Shown in pieces: positions 19,312 through 28,799 of a stretch of 64,000 bases of DNA; within the stretch, counting starts at the first letter, position 1, and the number at the start of each line of letters is the position of its first letter. A program made the translations under genes and the position numbers. The notes beneath the pieces are model-generated. The model was given only the letters and a program-made list of their open reading frames with translations. It made no database searches and was not told the origin of the DNA. The stretch covers positions 12,902 to 76,901 of the forward strand of contig JACQAT010000020.1 of the NCBI GenBank assembly GCA_016194865.1. Reading direction: 5' to 3'. Source of the stretch: Chloroflexota bacterium (GTDB lineage: Bacteria; Chloroflexota; Limnocylindria; P2-11E).

Positions 19312-20670
19312 GTGAACGTCCTCGTGCGCCTCGCGGCCATCGCGGTCGCGGGCGTCGCCCTGTATTACGCCGGCGTCGTCAACGCCTTGGTCATCCAGCA
19401 CCCATCGCGGCTCGGCGCCGCGATCGTCGTGCTCGCGGTCGGCGCCTCGCTCGCGCTCGTCGTCGTCGCCCTATGGCGCACGTCCGAGCCGGTCAACGAA
19501 CGAGTGCCGAGCTCGACAGCGAGGGTGATGCGGATCGCCTGGCTCCTGATCTCCGTCATGGCGTTGGTGAGCCTGGCCTGGGTCTACGGGGTCCCGCGCC
19601 AGCGCGGCGTCGACTGGACGCCCTTCCACAACGACGCGATCGCGCTGAACGAGTGCGCGGCCCGCGCGCTGCTCGCGGGGCAGGACCCGTACTCGACCGT
19701 CGACCTTCTGGACTGCTACGAGAAGCGTTCGCTCGGCGCGGATCGCACCACGCCCGTGAAGCGCGGGGCGTTCAGCGAGGTGGCGATCTATCCGAGTGAT
19801 GACGAGCTCGACCGTGTCTGGTCGCGCGTGACGAGCGGACGCGAGGCACGGCCGGCCGAGTTCGTGTCGCGCCCCTCGTATCCAGCGCTGTCGTTCGTCC
19901 TCATCGCGCCGTGGGTCGCGCTCGGCTGGGACACCAACGTCCTCTATCTCCTGTGCCTCGTCGCCGCCGCGGCCCTCGTGCTCATCCGCGCCCAGCCGTC
20001 GCTGCGACCGTGGCTTGGGACAGCGCTGCTCGGCTCGACCTCGCTCGTCGCGTTCACCATCGGCGGCAGCGCCGATCTGCTGTACGCGCTCCCGCTGACC
20101 GCGGCGTGGCTCTGGCGCGAGCGGCGCGTCGGCGCGGTCTGCTTCGGGATCGCGTGCGCGACGAAGCAGCTCGCCTGGTTCTTCGCTCCTTTCTATCTGT
20201 TGCAGGTGGCCACCGCGTCGGGCAGGCGGGGGGCGCTGCGGCACTTCGCTCTCATCGCGCTCGTCTTTGGTCTGGCGAACGCGCCGTTCGTGCTCGCCGA
20301 CGCGGGGACCTGGGTCGCCGGCGTGCTGACCCCCGTCGCGGAGCCGCTGTTCCCGCGTGGCGCCGGCCTGGTGTTCCTTTCCACGAACGGTGTCGTCCCC
20401 CTCTTCCCGGGTGCCGTCTACCTGCTCTTCGAGGCGGCCGCGGCGGCGCTCGCGCTGTGGGTCGCGTGGCGCGAGCGGGAGCGGAGCCCGGAGCTCGGCG
20501 CCATGCTCGCGGTGGTCCCCCTGTTCTTCGCGCAGCGCAGCCTGTTCTCCTACTTCTTCCTCGTGCCGCTGTTCGCCTTCGCGGGCGTGACGCGCCTCCA
20601 CGTCCTGCTCGACCCTGCCGCGGCGCGCGCCGCCGGCGCGCTCACGCTCTTTGCCCGGAAGATCGGCTGA
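19312..20670 (+). CDS. Polytopic membrane protein, possibly a GT87/DUF2029-like glycosyltransferase
   Basis: About 452 aa from GTG 19312, with more than 8 predicted TM helices. The N-terminal loop carries a DPYS-type motif. The family assignment is tentative. Confidence 0.5.
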   Translation: MNVLVRLAAIAVAGVALYYAGVVNALVIQHPSRLGAAIVVLAVGASLALVVVALWRTSEPVNERVPSSTARVMRIAWLLISVMALVSLAWVYGVPRQRGVDWTPFHNDAIALNECAARALLAGQDPYSTVDLLDCYEKRSLGADRTTPVKRGAFSEVAIYPSDDELDRVWSRVTSGREARPAEFVSRPSYPALSFVLIAPWVALGWDTNVLYLLCLVAAAALVLIRAQPSLRPWLGTALLGSTSLVAFTIGGSADLLYALPLTAAWLWRERRVGAVCFGIACATKQLAWFFAPFYLLQVATASGRRGALRHFALIALVFGLANAPFVLADAGTWVAGVLTPVAEPLFPRGAGLVFLSTNGVVPLFPGAVYLLFEAAAAALALWVAWRERERSPELGAMLAVVPLFFAQRSLFSYFFLVPLFAFAGVTRLHVLLDPAAARAAGALTLFARKIG

Positions 20671-20942
20671 TGCCTCCTGCCCTGGTGCCCCTCGCGCTCG
20701 TCGCGATCGGGCTGCCGGCGGCCCTGCGGGCCGCGTTCGGGAGGCCGCGGAGCCTGCCCGCCGCGTGGATCGCGAGCCTGGCCGCGGCGGCGCTCGCGCA
20801 GGCGCTGGGCGAGCTCCTCGGCTGGCGCGCGGGTATCCTCGGGGATGCCCAGGTGCTCGCCGCGCTCGGCGGCGCGACACTTGCATCGCTGGTCGCCATC
20901 CGCCTCGAGCGGACGCCGAGCAGGTCGAACAGAAGGAGATGA
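20670..20942 (+). CDS. Small hypothetical membrane protein
   Basis: ATG at 20670 overlaps the upstream TGA. 90 aa with 3 hydrophobic segments. Confidence 0.45.
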   Translation: MPPALVPLALVAIGLPAALRAAFGRPRSLPAAWIASLAAAALAQALGELLGWRAGILGDAQVLAALGGATLASLVAIRLERTPSRSNRRR

Positions 20943-20945
20943 CAC

Positions 20946-21212
20946 ATGGGCTTCATCGTTGGCATCCTGGTGGGCGCGGTCGCGGCGCTCCTCTACGCAC
21001 CCAAGTCCGGTGATCTCACGCGCGAGGAGTGGCGGCAGCGGAGCGAGGAATTGAAGAAGCGCGCCGACGAGCTGCAGCGCATCGCGCAGAACATCGCGCA
21101 GGACGCGCAGGTGAAGGGTCGCGAGCTCATCGACGACGCGAAGAAGCAATGGGACAAGGCCGGCGCGACGACGAACGGCGGCAGCGGCGGGGGTCGTTCC
21201 TCGCAGTCCTAG
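20946..21212 (+). CDS. YtxH-domain protein (general-stress-type, membrane-anchored coiled coil)
   Basis: GAAGGAG SD. MGFIVGILVGAVAALLYAPKSG...TREE... matches the YtxH N-terminus. Confidence 0.8.
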   Translation: MGFIVGILVGAVAALLYAPKSGDLTREEWRQRSEELKKRADELQRIAQNIAQDAQVKGRELIDDAKKQWDKAGATTNGGSGGGRSSQS

Positions 21213-21252
21213 CGGCCCGGTCCGAGCGGCCCCGCCCGTTATCGTTCAAGGC

Positions 21253-23925
21253 ATCGATAGCGCCACGATCCGCGAGCGGTTCATCAAGTTCTTCGAAGAG
21301 AAGGGGCATCAGCGCCTGCCCAGCGCGCCCCTCGTGCTGAAGGACGACCCGAGCGTGCTGTTCACCAGCGCCGGGATGCAGCCGATCGTGCCGTACTTCC
21401 TCGGCAAGAAGCAGGCGCCGGCCAAGCGGATCGTCACGGTCCAGAAATGCTTCCGCACCACCGACCTCGACGTCGTGGGGTTCGACACGTACCACAACAC
21501 CTTCTTCGAGATGCTCGGGAATTTCGGCATCGGCGACTACTGGAAGAAGGAAGCGATCGAGTGGGGCTGGGAGCTGTTGACCACGCAGTTCGAGATCGAC
21601 CCGAGCACCCTCGTCGCGACGATCTACTTCGACGACGAGGAGGCCTTCGACATCTGGACGAAGGAGCTCGCGCTCCTCCCACCGGAAAAGGTGTTCCGGC
21701 TGGGCAACCTCGCGAAGGGCGATGACACGAACTTCTGGTCGCCGGGTCCGACCGGTCTGTGCGGCCCGTGCAGCGAGGTGTTCGTGGATCGCGGCCCGCA
21801 GCCCGGCGTGCCGCCGCACACCTGCGACCCGGGCGAGGGCTGCGGCCGGTACCTCGAGATCTGGAACTTCGTGTTCCAGCAGTACGACCGCAAGGAGGAC
21901 GGCACGCTCGTGCCCCTGTCCAAGCGGAACATCGACACCGGCGCCGGTCTCGAGCGCACGTCGCAGGTCCTGCAGGGCGTGACCGACACGTTCAGGACCG
22001 ATCTCTTCCAGCCCCTGCTGCGGAAGATCGAGGCGCTCAGCGGCGCGCGATACGGTGACGACCCGCTGAAGGACGTCTCGATCCGCGTCGTCGCCGAGCA
22101 CGCGCGCGCGGCCGCGTTCCTCATCGCCGACGGCGTGACGCCCGGCAACGAAGGTCGGGGCTACGTGCTGCGCCGGCTCCTCCGGCGCGCGGCGCTCCAC
22201 GCGCGCAAGCTCGGCCTGAAGACCGGCGCGATCTCGCAGGTCGCGGGCGAGGTCGTGAAGACGATGCAGCGGCACTACCACGAGCTCACGTCCGCTCGAG
22301 AGCGCATCGCGCGGGCGATCGCCTCGGAGGAGGAGAAGTTCGAGCGCGCGCTGTCGAGCGGGCTCGACATCCTGAACGCGGCGATCGCCGACGCGAAGGC
22401 CGACGTGACGAAGGGCTCGACGCTGCAGGGGGAGCAGGCGTTCCGGCTCTACGACACGTACGGCTTCCCGCTCGAGATGACGCGCGAGATCGCGGAGCAG
22501 GCTGGCCTGAAGGTCGACGAGGCGGGGTTCCGGCACCTGCTCCAGGACCAGCAGCAGCGCGGACGGCTGGCGCGCAAGTTCTCGCAGGACGCGATGCGCT
22601 TCGGGCAGTTCTACGCCGACCTCGCGGAAAAGGAGGGTATCCGCAGCGAGTTCGTCGGCTACACGGATCTGGTGAGCGAGGCGAAGATCGCCGCCCTCGT
22701 CGTCGGTGGCCAGCGCGTCGTCGAGGCTCGCGAGGGCCAGGAGGTCGAGATCGTCCTCGACCGCACGCCGTTCTACCCGGAGGGCGGCGGCCAGGTCGGC
22801 GACCGCGGCTCGGTGATGAGCGCCGAGGGTCGCGCCATCGTCGCCGACACGCAGAGCCCCGCGCACGACGTGATCGTGATGAGCGCGAAGGTCGTCGACG
22901 GCGTGCTGCGCACGGGTGCGAAGGTACACGCCAGTGTTGACGCGGACCTGCGGCGCGACACGATGCGCAATCACACCGGCACGCACCTGCTCCACGCGGT
23001 GCTGCGCAACGTCCTGGGTGACGAGGTGCACCAGGCCGGTTCGCTCGTGCACGCGCCGAATCTCCGCTTCGATTTCACGTTCGACCGGGCGCCGACCGCG
23101 GAGGAGCTCCAGCGCGTCGAGGACGAGGTGAACGCGGCGATCCTCGAGAACGCCTCGGTCCACGCTCGCAGCATGCCGCTGCAGGAGGCCCTGGCCTCCG
23201 GCGCGATGCACCTGTTCGACGAGAAATACGGCGACGAGGTGCGCGTCGTGGAGGCGGGGCCGAGCCGCGAGCTCTGCGGTGGCACCCACTGCCACTGCAC
23301 CGGCGATATCGGGCTCCTGCTGATCACGAAGGAGGAGTCGATCGGCTCTGGCGTGCGGCGCATCGAGGCCGTGACCGGCGAAGGAGCGCTGCGCGAGGTC
23401 AAGGAGCTGCGGGAGCGCCTCGCGCGCGCGGCGAGCGCGCTGCACGTCGCGCCCGCGCGCGTCCCGGAGGCGGTCGCGCAGCTGCAGGACTCGCGCGAGC
23501 GGCTCCAGCAGGAGCTGTCCGCGCTGCAGCGCAGCGGCATCGAGGCCGGCGCGGCCGGGCTCCTCGCGAAGGCCGAGCAGGTCGGCGACCGGCGTCTCGT
23601 CGTCGCCGATGTCGGCGAGGTCGACGTGAAGCAGCTGCAGGCGCTCGCCGACCGGGTACGCGACGCGCTCGGGTCGGGGGTGACCATCCTCGGAAGCGTG
23701 AACGGGGGCCGGCCGTATCTCGCGGTCTCCGTGACGCGCGACCTCACGCCGATCGTGCAGGCCGGCGCGCTGGTCAAGCAGGTGACGCCCATCATCGGCG
23801 GCGGTGGCGGCGGTCCTGACGGGAGCGCGACCGGTGGCGGCAAGGAGCCAAAGCGCCTCGCCGAGGCGCTCGATGCCGCACGGACCGCGGCGCGCGAGCG
23901 TTTGAACGGGGGACGTGGCCACTAG
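21253..23925 (+). CDS. alaS: Alanine--tRNA ligase (start codon non-canonical or unresolved)
   Basis: The track ORF starts at GTG 21334. However, the in-frame upstream sequence encodes the conserved AlaRS N-terminus DSATIRERFIKFFEEKGHQRLPSAPLV. No ATG/GTG/TTG exists in any frame between 21213 and 21333. ATC at 21241, 21253 or 21268 are the only candidates. The rest is a typical AlaRS (HCHC zinc motif, C-terminal DHHA1 domain). Confidence 0.9.
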   Translation: MDSATIRERFIKFFEEKGHQRLPSAPLVLKDDPSVLFTSAGMQPIVPYFLGKKQAPAKRIVTVQKCFRTTDLDVVGFDTYHNTFFEMLGNFGIGDYWKKEAIEWGWELLTTQFEIDPSTLVATIYFDDEEAFDIWTKELALLPPEKVFRLGNLAKGDDTNFWSPGPTGLCGPCSEVFVDRGPQPGVPPHTCDPGEGCGRYLEIWNFVFQQYDRKEDGTLVPLSKRNIDTGAGLERTSQVLQGVTDTFRTDLFQPLLRKIEALSGARYGDDPLKDVSIRVVAEHARAAAFLIADGVTPGNEGRGYVLRRLLRRAALHARKLGLKTGAISQVAGEVVKTMQRHYHELTSARERIARAIASEEEKFERALSSGLDILNAAIADAKADVTKGSTLQGEQAFRLYDTYGFPLEMTREIAEQAGLKVDEAGFRHLLQDQQQRGRLARKFSQDAMRFGQFYADLAEKEGIRSEFVGYTDLVSEAKIAALVVGGQRVVEAREGQEVEIVLDRTPFYPEGGGQVGDRGSVMSAEGRAIVADTQSPAHDVIVMSAKVVDGVLRTGAKVHASVDADLRRDTMRNHTGTHLLHAVLRNVLGDEVHQAGSLVHAPNLRFDFTFDRAPTAEELQRVEDEVNAAILENASVHARSMPLQEALASGAMHLFDEKYGDEVRVVEAGPSRELCGGTHCHCTGDIGLLLITKEESIGSGVRRIEAVTGEGALREVKELRERLARAASALHVAPARVPEAVAQLQDSRERLQQELSALQRSGIEAGAAGLLAKAEQVGDRRLVVADVGEVDVKQLQALADRVRDALGSGVTILGSVNGGRPYLAVSVTRDLTPIVQAGALVKQVTPIIGGGGGGPDGSATGGGKEPKRLAEALDAARTAARERLNGGRGH

Positions 23926-24982
23926 CGCGAGGGATCTCCGTAGGAGCGGGCGTGGGCCGGTCGTCGCGGGCATCGAGCTCGCCGCCGGTGGGGTCCGCGC
24001 GGTCGTCGGCCGGCGGGAGGAGGGCCGTCTGCTGCTCCTCGGGAACGGCTTCTCCCAGCTGCCGCCGAGCGCCATCAACGGCGGGCTCGTCGTGGACCGC
24101 GCGGCGGTGTCGACGGCCATCACCGGCGCGCTCGGGCATGCCGAGGTGCGCGAGCACGCGTCGCGCATCGTCGCGGCCATCGACGGTGACGACATCCGCA
24201 CGTTCCACATCGGGACCACCTTCGATCGCGCCGCGGCCGCCGAGCCGATCGTCGCGAGCGAGGTCGAGCGCGCGCTGCGCGAGGCACGCGAAGCGGCGGC
24301 CCGCGCGGCGCGCGACGGCGCGGCGGAGGACCCCGCGCTCCGCGGCGTCGCGACCGTGCAGCTGCGCGAGGATCGCGCCGGTTTCGCCGTCGACGGCCGT
24401 CCGCTCGAGCAGCTCATCGGATTCCAGGGCCGATTCGTCGAGGTCCGCAGCGACATCTCCCTCGCGCCGCTGCTGCAGGCGGGTGCCGCCACCACGGCCA
24501 TCGAGGACGCGAAGCGAAAGGGCACGGTGGCCTCGGGGATCCACGGGCTGGCGCGCCTGCTCGCGCTCTCGGGCTACACGGACGGCGCCGTGCTCCGCCT
24601 CGGAGCCGATCTCACGGCGTTCGCGGTCATCCGTGGCGGCCGCGTCGTCGCGACGCGCGTGTTCGGCCTGGGACGCGACGCGTTCCTGTCCCGCGCGCAG
24701 AGCCGCGATGTCGACGCGCGCGTCTGGGCGCGCTGCGTGGTCGCGCCGCTGCCTTCTCAGGAGGCGCAGCTGCCAGGCCGCTGGTCGTTCGTCGGCGTCC
24801 CCGAGACGCTCGTCGCGCTGCCCCACGCGCTGGGCGACGCGCTCGTCGAGGCGCGGGGCGGCGCGGTGGATCTCGTACCGCTGAAGATCTCGACGGCGTC
24901 CCGGATCATCGCGGACGCGTCGCTGCATGCCGATCACCTGGTCGCGTGCGGGGCGGCGGCGCTCGCCGCGGAGCTCACGTGA
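23915..24982 (+). CDS. PilM/FtsA-like actin-fold protein
   Basis: 355 aa. The N-terminus VVAGIELAAGGVRAVVGRREEGRLLLLGNGFSQLPPSAINGGLVVDRAAV follows the PilM/FtsA pattern, but the phosphate-1 Asp is replaced by Glu. Confidence 0.55.
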   Translation: MATSARDLRRSGRGPVVAGIELAAGGVRAVVGRREEGRLLLLGNGFSQLPPSAINGGLVVDRAAVSTAITGALGHAEVREHASRIVAAIDGDDIRTFHIGTTFDRAAAAEPIVASEVERALREAREAAARAARDGAAEDPALRGVATVQLREDRAGFAVDGRPLEQLIGFQGRFVEVRSDISLAPLLQAGAATTAIEDAKRKGTVASGIHGLARLLALSGYTDGAVLRLGADLTAFAVIRGGRVVATRVFGLGRDAFLSRAQSRDVDARVWARCVVAPLPSQEAQLPGRWSFVGVPETLVALPHALGDALVEARGGAVDLVPLKISTASRIIADASLHADHLVACGAAALAAELT

Positions 24983-26460
24983 GCGTCCGCACCGTGGTCG
25001 ATCTGGGCCGCGATGCCACGGTGCTCGACGCCGCGGATCGGCTGCGCGAGGCCGCGGACGACGCGGATATCGCGCTCGTCATTCCCGGCGGCGCGCCCTT
25101 CGCGCGCAACGCGGTCTTCCTCGATGTCGCGCGCCAGCTCAGCGAGCCGCGCCGGCTGTCCGTCGTCGCCGCGGACGCGCGGACGCGCTCGCTCGCGGCG
25201 AGCATGCGGATCCCCGCGTACACGACGCTGGCCTCGCTCGAGCGGCAGGAGCTCGACCCGACAGAGCGGCTCGATCGCGCGCGCAGCGGGCTCGCGGGCC
25301 TCGCCGTGCGACGATCGCCGCTGACCCGCTTCCGCCCGACGAGGCGCGGGCTCGGTATCGCGGGAAGCCTGCTCCTCGCCGTGCTCCTCTCAGCGGTCGT
25401 CGCCGTCCCCCAGACGACGGTGACGGTCGCGCCGACGACGATCGCGGTCGGCCCGATCGACTTCGAGGTGCGCGCGGGATCCGGCGCGGAGATCCCGAAG
25501 ACCGATCTCAGCGCGACCGTGACCACGAAGGTGAGCGGCACCGCATCGGGTTCGCGTGCCGAGGACACGAAGGCGACCGGCAGCGCGCACCTGGAGAACA
25601 AGCAGACCAGCGACCTCAGGATCGCGAAGGGGACGATCTTCTCCACCGCGCAGGGCATCCGCTTCCAGACCACCGAGGAGAAGACGCTGCCGCGCAGCGT
25701 GATCATCTTCCCACTCACGCTGGTCGTGGGCAGCGTGGATATCGCGATCGAGGCCGTGACCGCCGGTCCCGCGGGCAACGTGCCGGCGCAGCGCATCACC
25801 TTCGGTCCGTCCGCGAGCGACTACACGGTCACGAACACGACCGCCACCGCGGGCGGCGATTCGAAGAAGATCCCCATCGTCAAGCAGGAGGACTACCTGG
25901 CGGCGCAGGCGCGGGCGGCGAACGCGGTGCAGGCCGCGGCCGAGGCGCAGCTCGCGACCTGGCGCACGACGCCGAAGGCCGGGACCGCGGTGTTCCCGAA
26001 GGTGTTCTCGAAGCTCACCTCGCTGTCGCCCGCGACGGAGGTGGTGGGGAAGGAGGTCGCGACGTTCGAGCTGACGGCCAGCGGCACCGCGACCGCGTTC
26101 GCGTATCCCGCGGAGGAGCCCACGAAGAGCGCGCTGGCTCGTCTCCGTGCCGCCTCGAACAGCTCCTTCACGCTCGACGAGCGCAGCGCGCGCGTCGACG
26201 TCACCCGGAGCGACGCGCTGGAGTCGGGCGTGATCTCGTGGACCCTGCACGCGGCCGGCTCGCAGCTCGCGCGCGTGGACCGCGAGGCCATCAAGCGCGC
26301 GCTCGCGGGACACGACCGCTCGGAGGTCGCGGGGATCGTGCAGGGCAGCGGCGTCCGGCTCGCGCGCCTCGACTGGTTCCCCGAGTGGTGGCCCCGCCTC
26401 CCGCTGATCGACGCGCGCATCGACGTGCGCGAGGTCCCGGCCACGCCGGCGACGCCGTAG
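24979..26460 (+). CDS. Single-pass membrane protein with a baseplate-J-like ectodomain
   Basis: GTGA overlap at 24979. A cytoplasmic domain of about 100 aa is followed by a TM (GIAGSLLLAVLLSAVVAV). The ectodomain then shows GTIFSTAQGIRFQT and IAIEAVTAGPAGNVPAQRIT, which resemble the baseplate J/gp47 signature. Confidence 0.5.
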   Translation: MSVRTVVDLGRDATVLDAADRLREAADDADIALVIPGGAPFARNAVFLDVARQLSEPRRLSVVAADARTRSLAASMRIPAYTTLASLERQELDPTERLDRARSGLAGLAVRRSPLTRFRPTRRGLGIAGSLLLAVLLSAVVAVPQTTVTVAPTTIAVGPIDFEVRAGSGAEIPKTDLSATVTTKVSGTASGSRAEDTKATGSAHLENKQTSDLRIAKGTIFSTAQGIRFQTTEEKTLPRSVIIFPLTLVVGSVDIAIEAVTAGPAGNVPAQRITFGPSASDYTVTNTTATAGGDSKKIPIVKQEDYLAAQARAANAVQAAAEAQLATWRTTPKAGTAVFPKVFSKLTSLSPATEVVGKEVATFELTASGTATAFAYPAEEPTKSALARLRAASNSSFTLDERSARVDVTRSDALESGVISWTLHAAGSQLARVDREAIKRALAGHDRSEVAGIVQGSGVRLARLDWFPEWWPRLPLIDARIDVREVPATPATP

Positions 26461-26464
26461 GGCG

Positions 26465-26842
26465 GTGCGGTATCTTGCGCTGGACGTCGGGGATCGGCGG
26501 ATCGGCCTCGCGGTAGGTGATGACGCGTTCGGCCTCGCGCGGCGCCTCCCGACGCTCCAGCGGCGCTCGCTCGACGCGGATATCGCGGCGCTCAAGCGGG
26601 TCGTCGCGCAGGAGGAGGTCGGCGGCTTGGTGATCGGGCTCCCACTCACGCTGCGCGGTGAGGATGGTCCGCAGGCGTTGCGCGTGCGGCGCTTCGCGGC
26701 GGCCTGCGCGCCTCTTGGCATCCCATTGACGCTCCACGACGAGCGGTTCACGACGGCGGAGGCGATCGCGCGCGGCGAGCCCGATGTCGATGCGGGCGCC
26801 GCGGCGATCCTGCTCCAGGACTTCTTCGCGAGCCGGCGGTGA
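26465..26842 (+). CDS. ruvX: Holliday-junction-resolvase-like nuclease RuvX (YqgF)
   Basis: 125 aa. LALDVGDRRIGLAV, GLPL..G and DERFTT motifs. Confidence 0.9.
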   Translation: MRYLALDVGDRRIGLAVGDDAFGLARRLPTLQRRSLDADIAALKRVVAQEEVGGLVIGLPLTLRGEDGPQALRVRRFAAACAPLGIPLTLHDERFTTAEAIARGEPDVDAGAAAILLQDFFASRR

Positions 26843-28011
26843 GCCAGCAGGCACGAGGCCCGGTGCGCGCCACGCCGCGCCGGCCGATGCGCCCGCCGAA
26901 GCATCGCTCCGGCGGCGGCCCGCTCGCGTTCGTCCTCGTGGTCATGCTGCTGCTCGCCGGCTTCCTGGTGCTCATCCGGCCGGTCGCGGTGGATGCGGTC
27001 ATGGATCTCGCGAGCGGGCGCGACGGGATGCTCCGGCAATCCGTCGTGCGCGCGCTCGTCGCCTCGCGCATCGCGAACGACGTCGATCTCTCGCTCGATC
27101 CGAAGGGCGAGCTCAGGGACTTCGAGATCCCGCGCGGCTCGACCGTCTCGCGCATCGCGCAGGACCTCCAGAAGGCCGGCCTGATCAAGACCGCCTTCGC
27201 CTTCGAGTACGTCGTCTACGACACCGGCCGCGAGCTGTCGCTCCAGTCGGGCACGTACCGCGTCTCGGCGGCCATGACGCCACGGGAGCTCGCGAAGATC
27301 TTCGAGCGCGCGCCCGGCGAGCAGTCCGCGCTGAAGCTCATCGAGGGCTGGCGCCTCACCGAGATCGCGAACGCGGTGAGCAGGGCGTTCCCGACGATCA
27401 CGAAGGAGGCGTTCACGGCGGCCGCGGTCGTGGGAGACCGGCAGAACACGGTGCTGCTCGGTCTCGACCCGAAGACCCCGCTCGAGGGCTTCCTGTACCC
27501 CGACACCTATTTCTTCCGGCCCGATGCGACCGCGAAGCAGATCGTCGACCAGCTTGTCGCGACCTTCGAGGACAAGGCCGGCGCGCAGCTGCGCACGGCC
27601 GCGGTGACGCGGAAGACGACGATCTACGACATCGTCAAGCTCGCGTCGATCGTCGAGCGTGAGGCGCGCGATCAGGCCGAGGCGCCGATCATCGCGGGCG
27701 TCTACACGAATCGCCTCAAGATCGGCATGAAGCTCGACGCGGACCCGACGGTGCAGTACGCCGGCGGTGACTGGGGCATCCTGTCGCTCGACGACCTGAA
27801 GATCGACTCGCCGTACAACACCTACCGGGTGGCCGGTCTCCCGCCGACGCCCATCTGCAGCCCGGGGCTCAGGGCGCTGCTCGGGGCGGCCACGCCCGCC
27901 CAGCACGACTACCTCTACTTCGTCGCCAGGGGCGACGCCAGCGGGGATCATCTCTTCGCGAAGACGATCGAGGAGCAAGAGGCGAATCGGGTGAAGGTCG
28001 GGAACAAGTAG
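26839..28011 (+). CDS. mltG: Endolytic murein transglycosylase MltG (YceG)
   Basis: 390 aa. N-terminal TM, IEGWRLTEIA, SIVEREA, SPYNTY..GLPP and YLYFVA..GDHLF motifs. Confidence 0.9.
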   Translation: MSQQARGPVRATPRRPMRPPKHRSGGGPLAFVLVVMLLLAGFLVLIRPVAVDAVMDLASGRDGMLRQSVVRALVASRIANDVDLSLDPKGELRDFEIPRGSTVSRIAQDLQKAGLIKTAFAFEYVVYDTGRELSLQSGTYRVSAAMTPRELAKIFERAPGEQSALKLIEGWRLTEIANAVSRAFPTITKEAFTAAAVVGDRQNTVLLGLDPKTPLEGFLYPDTYFFRPDATAKQIVDQLVATFEDKAGAQLRTAAVTRKTTIYDIVKLASIVEREARDQAEAPIIAGVYTNRLKIGMKLDADPTVQYAGGDWGILSLDDLKIDSPYNTYRVAGLPPTPICSPGLRALLGAATPAQHDYLYFVARGDASGDHLFAKTIEEQEANRVKVGNK

Positions 28012-28799
28012 TGTCGGCCGTGTACCTGCTCGGTCACCCGGTGGCGCATTCGCTCTCGCCGGCGATGCATAGCGCCGCGTTCGGCGCGCTGGGGCTCACG
28101 CATGAGTACGAGCTGCGCGACGTCGCACCTGAAGATCTCGCCGGCGCCGTGGACGGGCTGCGCTCCCCCGACACGCTCGGCGCGAACGTCACGGTCCCTC
28201 ACAAGGAGCGGATCGTGCCGTTCCTCGATGCGGTCGCGCCCGAGGCGCTGCGGATCGGCGCCGTCAACACCGTGGTCAAGACCGAAGACCGCCTCCGCGG
28301 CGAGAACACCGATCGCGCCGGCTTCACCGCCGCGCTCGACGAATCCGGCGTGTTCGTGCGCGGCAAGCGTGTGCTCGTCCTCGGCGCCGGGGGTGCCGCC
28401 CGGGCGGTCATCATCGCGCTCACGAAGGGCGGTGCGCGCATCGAGGTCGCGAACCGGACGCAGGCGCGGGCGCGTCTGCTGGCGAGCCTCTTCGGCGTCA
28501 CCGCGGTCGCCTGGCCCGAGCGCCTCGACGGGTATGACCTCGTCGTCAACGCGACGAGCGCGGGACTGCACGGCGAGGATCCGCTGGCGGGGATGGCGCT
28601 GCCGCGGAAGATGGTGGTGGTCGATCTCGTCCCGATGCGCGAGGAGACCGTCCTGCTGACGCGCGCGCGAGCCGAGGGCTGCGTCGTCGTGGACGGGTTG
28701 CTCATGCTCCTGCACCAGGCGGCCGGCTCGTTCACGCTGTGGACCGGCCGCGAGGCCCCGCTCGAGGCGATGCGCGCGGCGTTGCCCAGAATGGTCTGA
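28011..28799 (+). CDS. aroE: Shikimate dehydrogenase
   Basis: 262 aa. GHPVAHSLSPAMH, NVTVPHK, NTD and GAGGAARA motifs. Confidence 0.9.
   Translation: MSAVYLLGHPVAHSLSPAMHSAAFGALGLTHEYELRDVAPEDLAGAVDGLRSPDTLGANVTVPHKERIVPFLDAVAPEALRIGAVNTVVKTEDRLRGENTDRAGFTAALDESGVFVRGKRVLVLGAGGAARAVIIALTKGGARIEVANRTQARARLLASLFGVTAVAWPERLDGYDLVVNATSAGLHGEDPLAGMALPRKMVVVDLVPMREETVLLTRARAEGCVVVDGLLMLLHQAAGSFTLWTGREAPLEAMRAALPRMV

Noticed and set aside
21127-24525. 1132-aa minus-strand ORF, the longest in the track
   Set aside because: It is antisense to alaS and the PilM-like gene. It is extremely Arg/Ala/Pro-rich with no recognisable domain. This is a typical shadow ORF caused by stop-codon scarcity in high-GC DNA. 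The same applies to 25390..27978(-), 28199..30544(-), 38036..39604(-), 47638..49440(-), 54227..56521(-), 46..1074(+) and many others.
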